Counted from the stretch's first letter, positions 1-10,046 are shown. The stretch is 64,000 nt of DNA from Candidatus Margulisiibacteriota bacterium (GCA_042562495.1 JBHPMC010000004.1:405-64404), one strand, 5' to 3'. Made by a program: numbers and translations. The notes: generated by a model from the sequence alone, not told the origin.

Positions 1-247
1 TATACTTACCATTAGCTTCTTTTAAAGCTAAATTGTTGCCACCGGCAAAACCTAAGTTTTTATCACTGGCTATCAATTTGAATTCAGGGAAATCCCCACG
101 GATCATTTCAGCACTGCCATCCTCCGAAGCATTGTCTACAATAAAGACTTCATACTCTTTCTGCGGAGGATTTTGTTTTATCGAAAGCAAACATTTCTTG
201 AGCAGCTCTTTGACGTTCCAATTAACTATAATTATAGATAGTTCCAT
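1..247 (-). CDS. Family-2 glycosyltransferase, N-terminal part; the gene runs off the window start
   Basis: Absent from the ORF track because no stop lies in the window. Reverse-strand translation from the ATG at 247 gives MELSIIIVNWNVKELLKKCLLSIKQNPPQKEYEVFIVDNASEDGSAEMI...DKNLGFAGGNN, a typical GT2 N-terminus. Confidence 0.75.
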   Translation of the reverse strand, partial: MELSIIIVNWNVKELLKKCLLSIKQNPPQKEYEVFIVDNASEDGSAEMIRGDFPEFKLIASDKNLGFAGGNNLALKEANGKY

Positions 248-253
248 TTTTCC

Positions 254-1288
254 CTAGTCTTTCAATAATTGTTTATATACCTTAATTACATTCTGAACAT
301 ATTTCTGTTCAGTGAATAGCTGTTTATAGCGTTTATATCCATTTAGGCCATATTTTTTAGCCAACTGGGGAGCCTTTAATAATCTATGCAGTTGTTTTGC
401 TAGCACAATTTGATTACCAGCAGGGAATAAAAGCCCTGTTTTTTCATGCTCAACTATCTCAGCTAATCCGCCGCACTTAGAAGCTACAACTGGCTTTTGG
501 CAAAGCATTGCTTCTACTGCTACTCTGCCGAAAGGTTCCGCCAGCGAAGGAATGGTGATGATATCAGCCTCAGAAATAGCCTTTATAATGTTATTCGTCA
601 CCCCTTTAAAGCTGACCTCATTTGTTAAAGCTCCCTCATTTACATATCGCTCTAATCCTTTGAAATACAGATTAGATCCAGGCAATGGCCTGCCATAGAT
701 ATTCAACTTGAATTTAACAGCCCCGATATCTCTTAGGTATTTTATGGCCTGCAAAAGCTCTTTAACACCTTTGCGTTTTTCCAGAGTACCTGCAAAAAGA
801 ATCTTGGGGGCCTGAGATCTTTTTATCCTTTTTATTTTTTGTTCTTTGATCCCATTGTAAATACGTATGACCTTATTTGAATTATGAAAATGTTTTTTCA
901 TGCTATCCGAAATCACTATTACTTTATCCGCAAGGCGCAATATCTTTTGTGGCAGCTTAGCGGGGAACATATCCAGATCTTCACGGATATGCCAAACTAG
1001 TTTTTTGCCGGTCATTTTTGCGGCATATACAGCAGGCGTTGCTAAAACGGTATTGGCATGAACAATATCGATATTATGTTGATTAATGAATTGTATCAAT
1101 TTAATAGTTTGGAACATGCTGCCGATAACTTTTGTTCGGCATTTTACTTTTTTCAACATAGGGCCTTGCTGGGGCGTTACTAGCCAGCCCTCATATTCGG
1201 CAGGCAGCCCCGAAGCAATACTAGCCAGGCTCAACGGTGCTCCGGCCAGATTCGATTGGTGAGAATAAAATAATATCCTCGTTTTCAT
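254..1288 (-). CDS. GT4-family glycosyltransferase
   Basis: 344 aa. The C-terminal EPFGRVAVEAMLCQKPVVASKCGGLAEIVEHEKTG is a GT-B/GT4 E-x7-E type motif. It overlaps the upstream gene by 4 nt. Confidence 0.8.
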   Translation of the reverse strand: MKTRILFYSHQSNLAGAPLSLASIASGLPAEYEGWLVTPQQGPMLKKVKCRTKVIGSMFQTIKLIQFINQHNIDIVHANTVLATPAVYAAKMTGKKLVWHIREDLDMFPAKLPQKILRLADKVIVISDSMKKHFHNSNKVIRIYNGIKEQKIKRIKRSQAPKILFAGTLEKRKGVKELLQAIKYLRDIGAVKFKLNIYGRPLPGSNLYFKGLERYVNEGALTNEVSFKGVTNNIIKAISEADIITIPSLAEPFGRVAVEAMLCQKPVVASKCGGLAEIVEHEKTGLLFPAGNQIVLAKQLHRLLKAPQLAKKYGLNGYKRYKQLFTEQKYVQNVIKVYKQLLKD

Positions 1289-2391
1289 TTGTTATATACC
1301 TTATGCAAAAGCTTCGCGTATTCGTTCATTATTCTGATATATTCCTGTTTTTCTTGTTCTGAGTGTATACTTTTCTGCCATATCTTCAAAGGAACCAACT
1401 GCAGCAGATCGATCTTAAAGGGCAGCCAATAATCTATTTTTCTGGCTAGTTCCTCCAAATGCCTTGTGCCCTTGGTTGATCTCCAGCTAAAAAAATCATA
1501 AATTAGTTTATTCTTAGGAAATACCTGCTTAGCCTTTTCGATCTCCTTTTTACCGGCTTCGTTCTGCCCAAGATCTGCTAAACGCAATCCACAATAAAGC
1601 AACGTATTAGCGATCTTTTTTAAGATCAGCTCTTTAAATAAATATTCTTTCTCGAAAATATCCTGATACTGTTTAAGATCGTTAATATAATCTTCTGTAT
1701 GTACATATTTATTTTCGTACTCCTTGACCTTTGCTTGATGCTCCTTGGTCTTTTTATATCTTCTGGTAATAGCCTCGGCATGTATGCGGTAGGCATAATT
1801 TATTTTATTCAGCGATGCGAATTTCTTCTGCCCCATAGCCTTTAAAGCAAAGATGCGATCTTCGGTTATCACTGTAGATTCTTCATAAAGCCCGACATCA
1901 AAAAAAGCCTGTTTACGGCCGACCATTGGAGCTCCGCCCAAGGCCGTTTTAAATAATAAATGTTTTTTTAATGCATAGTCAGTGATCAAAAAAGGGATCA
2001 TCCCGAGGACCTTGTTCTTGGCATCGATCTTTAATTGATCGGCTATTACAAAATCGATGTTTTTATTCTTTTCTAAGAAGTTTATTTGGTCGGACAAAAA
2101 GCTAGGAAATAATAAATTATCTGCATCGATGCGCGCAATATAATCTCCTTTTGCTACTCGCAATCCTATGTTTACTGCTTTAGCAATAGTAATAAATCTC
2201 TCGCCCATTAATTTAAAGTGTTTATCGAGCTGTGAATATTTATGTAATAGCTCTCTTGTTCCGTCATTTGAATCGGCATCAACAAAAATACATTCGTAAT
2301 CAGTAAGCTCCTGGCCTTGAATTGATCTTAAGAAAGGTTCCAGATATTCTCCGGCATTGTAAACAGAACAGACAAAACTTACTTTTGGCAT
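1285..2391 (-). CDS. GT2-family glycosyltransferase with a C-terminal helical extension
   Basis: 368 aa. The N-terminus VSFVCSVYNAGEYLEPFLRSIQGQ...FVDADSNDGT...ARIDADN is typical of GT2. Confidence 0.8.
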   Translation of the reverse strand: MPKVSFVCSVYNAGEYLEPFLRSIQGQELTDYECIFVDADSNDGTRELLHKYSQLDKHFKLMGERFITIAKAVNIGLRVAKGDYIARIDADNLLFPSFLSDQINFLEKNKNIDFVIADQLKIDAKNKVLGMIPFLITDYALKKHLLFKTALGGAPMVGRKQAFFDVGLYEESTVITEDRIFALKAMGQKKFASLNKINYAYRIHAEAITRRYKKTKEHQAKVKEYENKYVHTEDYINDLKQYQDIFEKEYLFKELILKKIANTLLYCGLRLADLGQNEAGKKEIEKAKQVFPKNKLIYDFFSWRSTKGTRHLEELARKIDYWLPFKIDLLQLVPLKIWQKSIHSEQEKQEYIRIMNEYAKLLHKVYNK

Positions 2392-3624
2392 TTAATTCTT
2401 CTCCAAGATATCTTTATACAGCGCAGCCCATTTCTGGCCGATAATATTACAGGTAAAATTGCTTAAGATCCTTTGTTTAGCATTCTTGATCAGATCGTCA
2501 CGTTTTTTATCATCTTTTAAGATCGCCAATAATATCTGGGCTAGCTTTATTTTGGTAAATGGAGTGTCTAAAAGCAATGCAGATTCATTATTGATCACGA
2601 TCTCAGGGATCCCGCCTCTATTTGAGGATACTATTGCTGTCTCACAAGCTGCTGCTTCATAAATTGTCTTCGGAGATGGATCATCCCAATCTACAGGAGA
2701 TACAAAGACGGTTGCCAAAGAATATATTACGGGCAGGTCCTCAATATCGATGAACCCCGTGAAAATAACATTATCTTTAACAGGTTGAGCCAGCTCGATC
2801 AGTTTTTTCACATACGGTGTTTTTTGCCCTTTACCAAAGAAAGAAGAGCCCACAATGACCAAGCTTACTTCAGGATCTTTACTTACTATTTCCGGCAGGG
2901 CTGACAAAAGCGTATCAACACCTTTTTCTAAGACCAATCTGCCGACAAATAATAATACTTTCTTAGAACTTATCTTGTACTTTTCTCTTATCTGTTCTAT
3001 TTGTTCAGAACTGGCTTTTTTAAAAACATTTTCATCAACTCCGTTATAGATAACTTCAACTTTTTCTTTATATGTCGGATTATCTTTTAAAAGATCTAAT
3101 TCAGCTACCTTTTTACTTGGATAGACAACTTTATCAACTGCTTGCATGATCTTTGGCAATCTCTTTAGCACGTATTTTTCCTCAGCAATTTTTAAATTAT
3201 GATTGGTAAGTACTATTTTTACTTTTGGACCCAATAGCTTGCGCACGATCGGTACAAAATGAGGTCGATTATGGATGTGCACAAGATCAGCATCGAGCTC
3301 TTTTAATATTTTACAGGCTTTATAAATATATCTGTTGTAGCGGATCAAATACTCATTGCGCCAGACTATTTCAATATTGTCATAGCTTCTGTTCCTGATC
3401 CTAATATGGCCAATACCCTGCTTATCCAATTCAAAAGCAGGCAAACCGCCATCTAAAGCTGATACTATGATTATATTCTGTTCTTTATTAGGGATCGCAT
3501 ATTCATAGACAACTGTCTGTATCCCACCACCCAGTACTGCAGGCACTGGCAAAGATCCGGGAGTGATCACGGCTACAACAGGTTTAGTACTGTCTTTTAT
3601 AAGCTGGCTGCGAATAGAGATCAT
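2392..3624 (-). CDS. GT4-family glycosyltransferase
   Basis: 410 aa. Contains GRLVLEKGVDTLL and EAAACETAIVSSNRGGIPEIV motifs. Its start abuts the gmhA stop. Confidence 0.75.
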   Translation of the reverse strand: MISIRSQLIKDSTKPVVAVITPGSLPVPAVLGGGIQTVVYEYAIPNKEQNIIIVSALDGGLPAFELDKQGIGHIRIRNRSYDNIEIVWRNEYLIRYNRYIYKACKILKELDADLVHIHNRPHFVPIVRKLLGPKVKIVLTNHNLKIAEEKYVLKRLPKIMQAVDKVVYPSKKVAELDLLKDNPTYKEKVEVIYNGVDENVFKKASSEQIEQIREKYKISSKKVLLFVGRLVLEKGVDTLLSALPEIVSKDPEVSLVIVGSSFFGKGQKTPYVKKLIELAQPVKDNVIFTGFIDIEDLPVIYSLATVFVSPVDWDDPSPKTIYEAAACETAIVSSNRGGIPEIVINNESALLLDTPFTKIKLAQILLAILKDDKKRDDLIKNAKQRILSNFTCNIIGQKWAALYKDILEKN

Positions 3625-4190
3625 TATTTGAGCTGTTTGCAGAGTATTTGGGACATTAAATGATCTAAGACAAGATGCAGGTCTTCTGCGATCTGCATAT
3701 CTTCTACCGGAACATGAATGCCCTGCTGGGCTAGTTTTTTCAGCTTGCCTCCCGTATAGCCGGTCAGCCCAATGGTGACACCCTGCTTTTCATTAGCATA
3801 CTCAATAGCTTTTAAAATATTCTTGGAATCACCCGAGCCGGAGATCCCGATCACTACATCTCCCGGATGAAAATATGACTTCATGGTTTCCACAAAGATA
3901 TCATCATAATGATGATCGTTTGCATAAGCCATCATTGTCGCCACATTGTCGTTCAAACAAATGAATTTGAAACGTTTCTTTTTCCCTTGAGAAACACCTT
4001 TATTAAAATCACATACAAAATGTGAGGCGGTTGCAGCCGAACCTCCGTTGCCCATGATCAAGACCTGTTTATCTTCTTCATAAGCTTTGGCCAGGACATT
4101 CATTACATTATTGATCTCTTCAACCGAGATCTTATCCAGTATCTTTTTCAATCGTTCCATATAATCTTTTATATCTTTCTTGTGATCCAT
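3624..4190 (-). CDS. gmhA: Phosphoheptose (sedoheptulose-7-phosphate) isomerase
   Basis: 188 aa SIS-domain protein with the motif MGNGGSAATASHFVCDF and GISGSGDS. It sits in a heptose pathway context. Confidence 0.85.
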   Translation of the reverse strand: MDHKKDIKDYMERLKKILDKISVEEINNVMNVLAKAYEEDKQVLIMGNGGSAATASHFVCDFNKGVSQGKKKRFKFICLNDNVATMMAYANDHHYDDIFVETMKSYFHPGDVVIGISGSGDSKNILKAIEYANEKQGVTIGLTGYTGGKLKKLAQQGIHVPVEDMQIAEDLHLVLDHLMSQILCKQLK

Positions 4191-4199
4191 AAATTCTCC

Positions 4200-5207
4200 T
4201 TACTTTTTAATACTACGATAATTTACATCATGTTCACCAATATATATTACTTTTGATCCATCATTATCAAAATCAAAGAGTAATTCTCTATATTTTGCCA
4301 TGGTTTTCCTGAACTTGTCCTGTTGTTCTTTGGGACAATAGAACAATAGGAATCCGCCGCCGCCGGCCCCCAGAAGTTTTCCGCCTAAAGCACCTGCTTT
4401 TAGACCTGCTGTATAGAGGGCATCAACGTTCGTGTTTGATATTTCTTTTACCAAAGAACGCTTTAGCTCCCAGCCAGCATTTAAGATCTCCCCGAAGCTA
4501 TCCAGTTGATTTTTATCTAAAGCAGCTTTTAATTCCCTGGCTAACTCGCTCATCTTCCTAAGATTTTCCAGGGTAGCCTTCTGGTTGGTATTTTCATTCT
4601 GAACTTTCAATATCTTGCTGGCCGAACGTGTATCCCCTGTGTAGATCATGATCAGATTTTCCGCCAGCTCATTCTGCTTTTTTTTATCCATTTCGATCTT
4701 TTCTACTTGCACCGAACCATTCGGATTAAACGTAATTAAGTTGAGACCGCCATAAGCTGCTGCATATTGATCTTGTTTCCCTATCGGATCCTTTAATTTA
4801 TTTATTTCTATATCACTGGCTTCAGCAGCTAATTTATCCGCAGATACTTTTTGTCCAAGATAAGTATTCACAGTATGTAATAAACCGACGGTAAAAGAGC
4901 TGCTTGAACCAAGGCCGGTACCTGCAGGAACATCCGCAATAGAGTTGATATCCACGCCTTTTAGCTGATACTGCTTAAGTACCTCTCGTAATATCGGATG
5001 ACTAATGTCTTTATGTTCATTCACTAGCTCTGTTTTGGAATACTTTAATTGAATTTGTTCCGGATCAAAGAAAGGATGCATAGCTATGAACATATATTTA
5101 TCAATGCTCGTGCTTAAGACACAACCTGGCTCATTTTTATAAAAACTCGGCAGATCTGTCCCGCCGCCGGCAAAAGATATCCTAAATGGGGTTCTGGTTA
5201 TTATCAT
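4200..5207 (-). CDS. hddA: GHMP-family sugar kinase, probably D-glycero-alpha-D-manno-heptose 7-phosphate kinase
   Basis: 335 aa. N-terminal TRTPFRISFAGGGTDLP and the GHMP motif PAGTGLGSSSS. Located between gmhA and hddC/gmhB. Confidence 0.75.
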   Translation of the reverse strand: MIITRTPFRISFAGGGTDLPSFYKNEPGCVLSTSIDKYMFIAMHPFFDPEQIQLKYSKTELVNEHKDISHPILREVLKQYQLKGVDINSIADVPAGTGLGSSSSFTVGLLHTVNTYLGQKVSADKLAAEASDIEINKLKDPIGKQDQYAAAYGGLNLITFNPNGSVQVEKIEMDKKKQNELAENLIMIYTGDTRSASKILKVQNENTNQKATLENLRKMSELARELKAALDKNQLDSFGEILNAGWELKRSLVKEISNTNVDALYTAGLKAGALGGKLLGAGGGGFLLFYCPKEQQDKFRKTMAKYRELLFDFDNDGSKVIYIGEHDVNYRSIKK

Positions 5208-6502
5208 TTAATATCCTTTAATATTATCTCTACTGCAGACATCAAACTGTCCGTATTAATATCCGCAGATTCGTAAGTATAATCGATTTCTTGGTTAATT
5301 TTAACCAACGCGGTCTTTCTTAACCCGGCCACTTTGCCTGCCTCAATATCAACCCCTCTATCACCAACGATATAGGATCGTTTAAGGTCTATGTTAAATT
5401 CTTTTGCGGCTTCTTTTAACATTCCTGGCTTTGGTTTACGACAATTGCATTTTATCTTGAATTCTTTTCTTTCTTCCGAATAACCTGCATCGGGATGATG
5501 TGGACAGAAGTAGATAGCATCGACATAGGCACCCTGCGCTCCTAAAAGTGATTCCATTTTATTATGGATCTCATTTAAGCCCTTAATATCAACCAGGTTC
5601 CTGGCAATTACTGGTTGATTCGTCACAACTATCGCCAAAATCCCTTCAGTATTTAACTTTTTTATTGCTTGTGCAGCATTAGGTAGCAATTCCATCTCTT
5701 CTACAGTATGCAGTAGATTTATATCCTTATTGATCGTCCCATCCCTATCCAGAAAAACGGCCACTTGTTTATTATGACTATTTGATCTGGATACTTTTCC
5801 AGATCTTAAAGATTGTTCTACTTTTTTATATCGCTCAGGGGTGCCGAGATCCTTAATATATTCTGTAGAAACATAGCCACACATCTTTTCTCGAGCTTGT
5901 AAAGCCTTGGGGAAGATATCTTTACCAAAATCCTGAGCTTTTCCCTTGGCAATATACTTCAGCATATCTGGAGAAAGGATGTACAGGGCAGCATTAACCA
6001 GATTCCTATAAAATCCACTAGGTCGTGGTTTTGGGTAAAAATTAGTAATTTCTTTATTTTTGTTATCTATTGCCACCAGGTCCGAATCTATAGGATGATC
6101 ATTTGGATGTAGAAATAGTGTTCCTTTGGACCTATGTTTTTTATGAAAAGCCAACATTTTTTTAAGATCGATATCGAACATAGTATCTCCATAAAAAACA
6201 AAGAAATCTTCTCTTAAAAGATCAGCTACTTCTGCAAAACAGCCGGCAGTACCCAAGGGGGCTTTTTCCTCGTGATAATTGATCTTTACACCGTATTTTT
6301 TGCCATCCTGGAAGTGATCTTTGATCTTTTCTCCTAAATATCCGGTAAGCAATAAAATATCCTTGAAACCATAGCGTTTTGCTAATTCGATCTGATATTC
6401 CAATAATGGCTTATTTAGCAAGGGGACCATTGCTTTAGGTATGTCTTTTGCAATTTCTTGGAGACGCGTACCTTTGCCCCCGGCAACAATAACTACTTTC
6501 AT
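5204..6502 (-). CDS. Bifunctional heptose-1-phosphate nucleotidyltransferase (HddC-like) fused to heptose 1,7-bisphosphate phosphatase (GmhB-like)
   Basis: 432 aa. The N-terminus MKVVIVAGGKGTRL is an NTP-transferase signature. The C-terminal half has the HAD motif FLDRDGTIN plus a GmhB-type Cys/His cluster (CPHHP...CNCRKPKPGM) and GDRGVDIEAG. Confidence 0.8.
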   Translation of the reverse strand: MKVVIVAGGKGTRLQEIAKDIPKAMVPLLNKPLLEYQIELAKRYGFKDILLLTGYLGEKIKDHFQDGKKYGVKINYHEEKAPLGTAGCFAEVADLLREDFFVFYGDTMFDIDLKKMLAFHKKHRSKGTLFLHPNDHPIDSDLVAIDNKNKEITNFYPKPRPSGFYRNLVNAALYILSPDMLKYIAKGKAQDFGKDIFPKALQAREKMCGYVSTEYIKDLGTPERYKKVEQSLRSGKVSRSNSHNKQVAVFLDRDGTINKDINLLHTVEEMELLPNAAQAIKKLNTEGILAIVVTNQPVIARNLVDIKGLNEIHNKMESLLGAQGAYVDAIYFCPHHPDAGYSEERKEFKIKCNCRKPKPGMLKEAAKEFNIDLKRSYIVGDRGVDIEAGKVAGLRKTALVKINQEIDYTYESADINTDSLMSAVEIILKDIK

Positions 6503-6505
6503 GGT

Positions 6506-7444
6506 TTATGCTTTCTTTAGGATCTTTTTAATAGCAACATCGATAGATTCAGTGGAGCTTTTCTTCGCTTGCCAACCTAATTTATGGACTTTTTTTAGAT
6601 CATAGCGAAATTCAGGGACATCGCCTACCCAGCCGCGATCCCCGCCTGTATATACTATCTCTGCTTTCAAACCGATTTCTTTAATAACTAAGGCAGCTAT
6701 TTCTTTAACTTTTGTACGCGATTCAACACCTAGATTAAAAAGATTTACTTTATCTTTAGCATTTTGCCAACAAAAAAGCATTCCCTCGACCAGGTCTTTT
6801 ACATATAAATATGGTTTATTCTGCTCCCCATTGCCAAGTACTTCTAATTTTTTTGGATCTTTCTTTAATTTATTTATAAAATCAAAGATGACACCATGGG
6901 TGGATCTTTCGCCGACCACATTGGGAAATCTGATCAGCCAGGCTTGTAGGCCATCGTTCTCTGCAAAAGCACTGATAAAGCCTTCAGCCGCCAACTTGCT
7001 GGCACCATATAATGACACAGGCAAAAGTGGTCCATAATTCTCGGTCAATAGATCCTTAGATTCTCCGTATACAGCAGAAGTTGAGGCAAATACTATCTGT
7101 TTTACTTTATATTCTTTCATGCACTGCAGAATATTGAAGGTGGTCATGAAGGTCAATTCATAATCAACATTTGGATCTCTGGATCCTTTTTGAATATCTG
7201 AATTCGCTGCCATATGAAATACAACATCGAATTTTTCCTGTTTGAATATTTCCTGCAACTGCTCAAGCTCTAAAATATCTTCTTTATAGAACTTGAATTT
7301 AGGATTATTTTCATTATGAGATATATTTTCTTTTCTGCCCAAGATAAGATTGTCTATAACAACTACATTGTGTTTGTCGGCTAACAATTTGTCTGCCAAG
7401 TGTGATCCGATAAAACCTGCTCCGCCTGTTACTAATATCTTCAT
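6506..7444 (-). CDS. NAD-dependent sugar-nucleotide epimerase/dehydratase (SDR family)
   Basis: 312 aa. Contains a Rossmann motif VTGGAGFIGSHL and the catalytic YGASK. Substrate unknown. Confidence 0.8.
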   Translation of the reverse strand: MKILVTGGAGFIGSHLADKLLADKHNVVVIDNLILGRKENISHNENNPKFKFYKEDILELEQLQEIFKQEKFDVVFHMAANSDIQKGSRDPNVDYELTFMTTFNILQCMKEYKVKQIVFASTSAVYGESKDLLTENYGPLLPVSLYGASKLAAEGFISAFAENDGLQAWLIRFPNVVGERSTHGVIFDFINKLKKDPKKLEVLGNGEQNKPYLYVKDLVEGMLFCWQNAKDKVNLFNLGVESRTKVKEIAALVIKEIGLKAEIVYTGGDRGWVGDVPEFRYDLKKVHKLGWQAKKSSTESIDVAIKKILKKA

Positions 7445-7453
7445 CTTGTTCTC

Positions 7454-8581
7454 CTAACTCAATACCTTTTGATAATATCTTTCCAACTTAGCATTCTGTT
7501 TTTCCAGATTGAATTGTTTTTCAACCAATTCCCTCCCTTTATGTGCGAATTTTTTGACCAGCTCTTCATCTTTACACAGCTCTTCTATCTTGCGACTTAA
7601 CATGATCACAGCTTTTTCATTGACCAAGAATCCGGTAACCTCATCTTTAATTATCTCAGGCACACCGGCATGTTTTGTGGAAATGACAGGCAAACCGCAA
7701 GCCAGCGCTTCTTTTAAGATATTGGGGATACCTTCTCGATCTCCGTTCTTGGCAATTACATACGGAGCCAAGAGCAGATCTGCGCTATTTATTGTTTTTA
7801 ACACAAAATCTTGGGGCTTATCCCCCAGAAATTTAATATGTTTTTCTATTCTCAATTTTTTTACGAATTTCTTAAGATTGTTCTCCAAGGGTCCTTGCCC
7901 GATTATTTCCATATAAAGATCATAGCCTCTGGCCAATAATTCAAAGAAAGCACGGATCCCATATTCAAATCCTTTTTTCTCGGTCAAGCGACCGCACATT
8001 AAAAGCTTTAGTTTCTTGCGGCCACCACGTAAATTGCGGACTTTATATTTCATTTTATGCAGATCTATGCCGCCATAGTGGACCTCGACCTTTTTTTCAG
8101 GGCAACCCAGGTTTTCTACAAGATAATCACGCATGTTCTCAGACACGGTCAGAAACAGATCGCCCAAACGGAAAAGTTTTTTTAATTTCATGCGATAGAA
8201 AGGATCACTGACCAATTGATAAGCATCCTGTCCGCGAAAATGGGTGATCAACGGTAGCGCCGGCCATTGTTCTTTTAAGGCGACCAGCTCAGCACCTACT
8301 GTACCGAATTGAGCATGAATGAGAAGCACTCCTTCTTTTTTAAGCTTACCTATCGTCGCTCCATATTTTTTTAGCCAATTGTCAGAGAAACGTTCACTGA
8401 ATTTAAAATCCTTTATAGTATGTACCTGGTCTATTGGGAATAGCTTTTGGTTCTTTTGCTCTTTTGCAAATATAACCGGCTTAAATATCTTGAGCTTGGA
8501 GACAATATTATAAATAAAGGTCTCTGATGTATTTAAAAAGGTGGGGACAAATATCCCTACTTTTTTCTTCATCTTTACCAT
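7454..8581 (-). CDS. GT4-family glycosyltransferase, paralog of 10953..12071
   Basis: 375 aa. The N-terminal FVPTFLNTSETFIY matches FTSRFLDISETFIY in the paralog. The C-terminus has REGIPNILKEALACGLPVISTKHAGVPEII. Confidence 0.75.
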   Translation of the reverse strand: MVKMKKKVGIFVPTFLNTSETFIYNIVSKLKIFKPVIFAKEQKNQKLFPIDQVHTIKDFKFSERFSDNWLKKYGATIGKLKKEGVLLIHAQFGTVGAELVALKEQWPALPLITHFRGQDAYQLVSDPFYRMKLKKLFRLGDLFLTVSENMRDYLVENLGCPEKKVEVHYGGIDLHKMKYKVRNLRGGRKKLKLLMCGRLTEKKGFEYGIRAFFELLARGYDLYMEIIGQGPLENNLKKFVKKLRIEKHIKFLGDKPQDFVLKTINSADLLLAPYVIAKNGDREGIPNILKEALACGLPVISTKHAGVPEIIKDEVTGFLVNEKAVIMLSRKIEELCKDEELVKKFAHKGRELVEKQFNLEKQNAKLERYYQKVLS

Positions 8582-8594
8582 AATTAACTGCTCC

Positions 8595-9749
8595 TCATTT
8601 CTTCAATATCCTTTTTACAGCATTAATTACATCATCTACATCTTGGTCAGAAAGCTTTGCAGAAAGCGGCAGAGATACTGTTCTTTCCGAAACGAATTCA
8701 GCTTCCGGAAAATCTCCGGGCTTATAGCCTAAATGCTTTTGGTAATATTCATGCAAATGGAGCGCTACGTAATGCACCCCTACTCCAATATTTTCCTTGG
8801 TCATTTTATTTAAAAAATCATCCCTTTTACCTGCGTTCTCGATATCGATCAATAAAGTATATAAGTGTCTGGCATGCTTGGTATCTTTTTCTTCAGGTGC
8901 AGGTAAGGTTACCGGAAGATCTTTAAAGGCCTGATCATATTTTTCCCAGATCTCCTGGCGGCGTTTATGATATTTTTCTAATCTAGGCAGCTGATGTATA
9001 CCCAAGGCACCTTGTATATCCATCATATTATATTTAAAGCCAGGGAAAATGACCTGGTAATGTTTATATCCCTCATCTGAGAAACGTTTCCAGGCATCTC
9101 TGCTCATGCCATGCAGCCCGTACATTTTTATTTTATCGGCATACTCTTGGCTATTGGTGGTGACCATGCCTCCTTCTCCAGTAACTAAATTCTTGGTCAC
9201 ATAGAAACTGAAACAGGTCATATCGCCGATATTCCCTATCTTTTTGCCATTGTATTCTGCCTCTATAGCATGAGCTGCATCTTCGATGACTATAAGCTTA
9301 TGTTTTTTAGCTATCTGCATAATTGGATCCATATCACAAGGCCTTCCAGCAAAATGAACCGGGATTATCGCTTTCGTCTTTTCAGTAATAGCTTTTTCTA
9401 TCTTTTTTGGATCGATATTCATTGTTTTTCGGTCAATATCAACAAATACCGGTTTACCTCCGGCATGAATTATGGCATTTGCTGTTGCACAGAAGGTCAT
9501 TGGAGTGGTTATCACTTCATCTCCGGGCTTAATGCCTGCGACAAGCATTGCTAAATGCAGGCCGGCAGTACAAGAATGCAGGGCAATAGCATACTTAGAA
9601 CCTATATATTTACGAAAATCTTCCTCAAACTTAGCAACTTTTGGCCCTGTGCCGATCCAGCCGCTTTTTAAGGTAGCAATTACTTCATTAATTTCAGCTT
9701 CCTCAAGCCTTGGCGAACCAAAAACAAGGAAGTTTTTCCTTTTAGCCAT
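8595..9749 (-). CDS. DegT/DnrJ/EryC1-family PLP-dependent sugar aminotransferase
   Basis: 384 aa. Contains family-typical blocks: LHSCTAGLHLA, DEVITTPMTF and FSFYVTKNLVTGEGG (PLP lysine region). Confidence 0.85.
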   Translation of the reverse strand: MAKRKNFLVFGSPRLEEAEINEVIATLKSGWIGTGPKVAKFEEDFRKYIGSKYAIALHSCTAGLHLAMLVAGIKPGDEVITTPMTFCATANAIIHAGGKPVFVDIDRKTMNIDPKKIEKAITEKTKAIIPVHFAGRPCDMDPIMQIAKKHKLIVIEDAAHAIEAEYNGKKIGNIGDMTCFSFYVTKNLVTGEGGMVTTNSQEYADKIKMYGLHGMSRDAWKRFSDEGYKHYQVIFPGFKYNMMDIQGALGIHQLPRLEKYHKRRQEIWEKYDQAFKDLPVTLPAPEEKDTKHARHLYTLLIDIENAGKRDDFLNKMTKENIGVGVHYVALHLHEYYQKHLGYKPGDFPEAEFVSERTVSLPLSAKLSDQDVDDVINAVKRILKK

Positions 9750-9829
9750 GCGAAAATTGCTCCTTTAATAAGTTTTTAATAGGGGTAAATCATAGCATTG
9801 AAAAGTTATTTAATAAATCCCGGGTAATA

Positions 9830-10009
9830 TTAATTCTTATCCCGCTGAAAGAACGCTAAATATATCATCTCTAATATAGCTACTGTTTGCAGCAAGAATA
9901 TTGAAATATACCAAGCCCATTGTTTATTTCTGGCCGCTTTCCACAGCGCATAGCCTTTCCAGGGCAGCGACCATAATAAAGCAAAAGCCATCCAAGTTTG
10001 ATCGTTCAT
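9830..10009 (-). CDS. Small two-TM membrane protein (59 aa); resembles the family I recall as DUF5652
   Basis: Absent from the ORF track (below the size cut-off). GGAGGT lies 5 nt upstream of the ATG at 10009. Translation: MNDQTWMAFALLWSLPWKGYALWKAARNKQWAWYISIFLLQTVAILEMIYLAFFQRDKN. The W-x-LPWKG-x-ALW-x-AAR pattern matches a widespread small-protein family as I remember it. Confidence 0.6.
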   Translation of the reverse strand: MNDQTWMAFALLWSLPWKGYALWKAARNKQWAWYISIFLLQTVAILEMIYLAFFQRDKN

Positions 10010-10046
10010 GTTGTACCTCCAATTGTATTTTACCCTATCTGGGTAG

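Noticed and set aside
33-257. 74-aa plus-strand ORF at the window start
   Set aside because: It lies antisense to a clearly recognisable GT2 glycosyltransferase N-terminus (1..247, minus strand). It is low-complexity and has no SD, so it is a shadow ORF.
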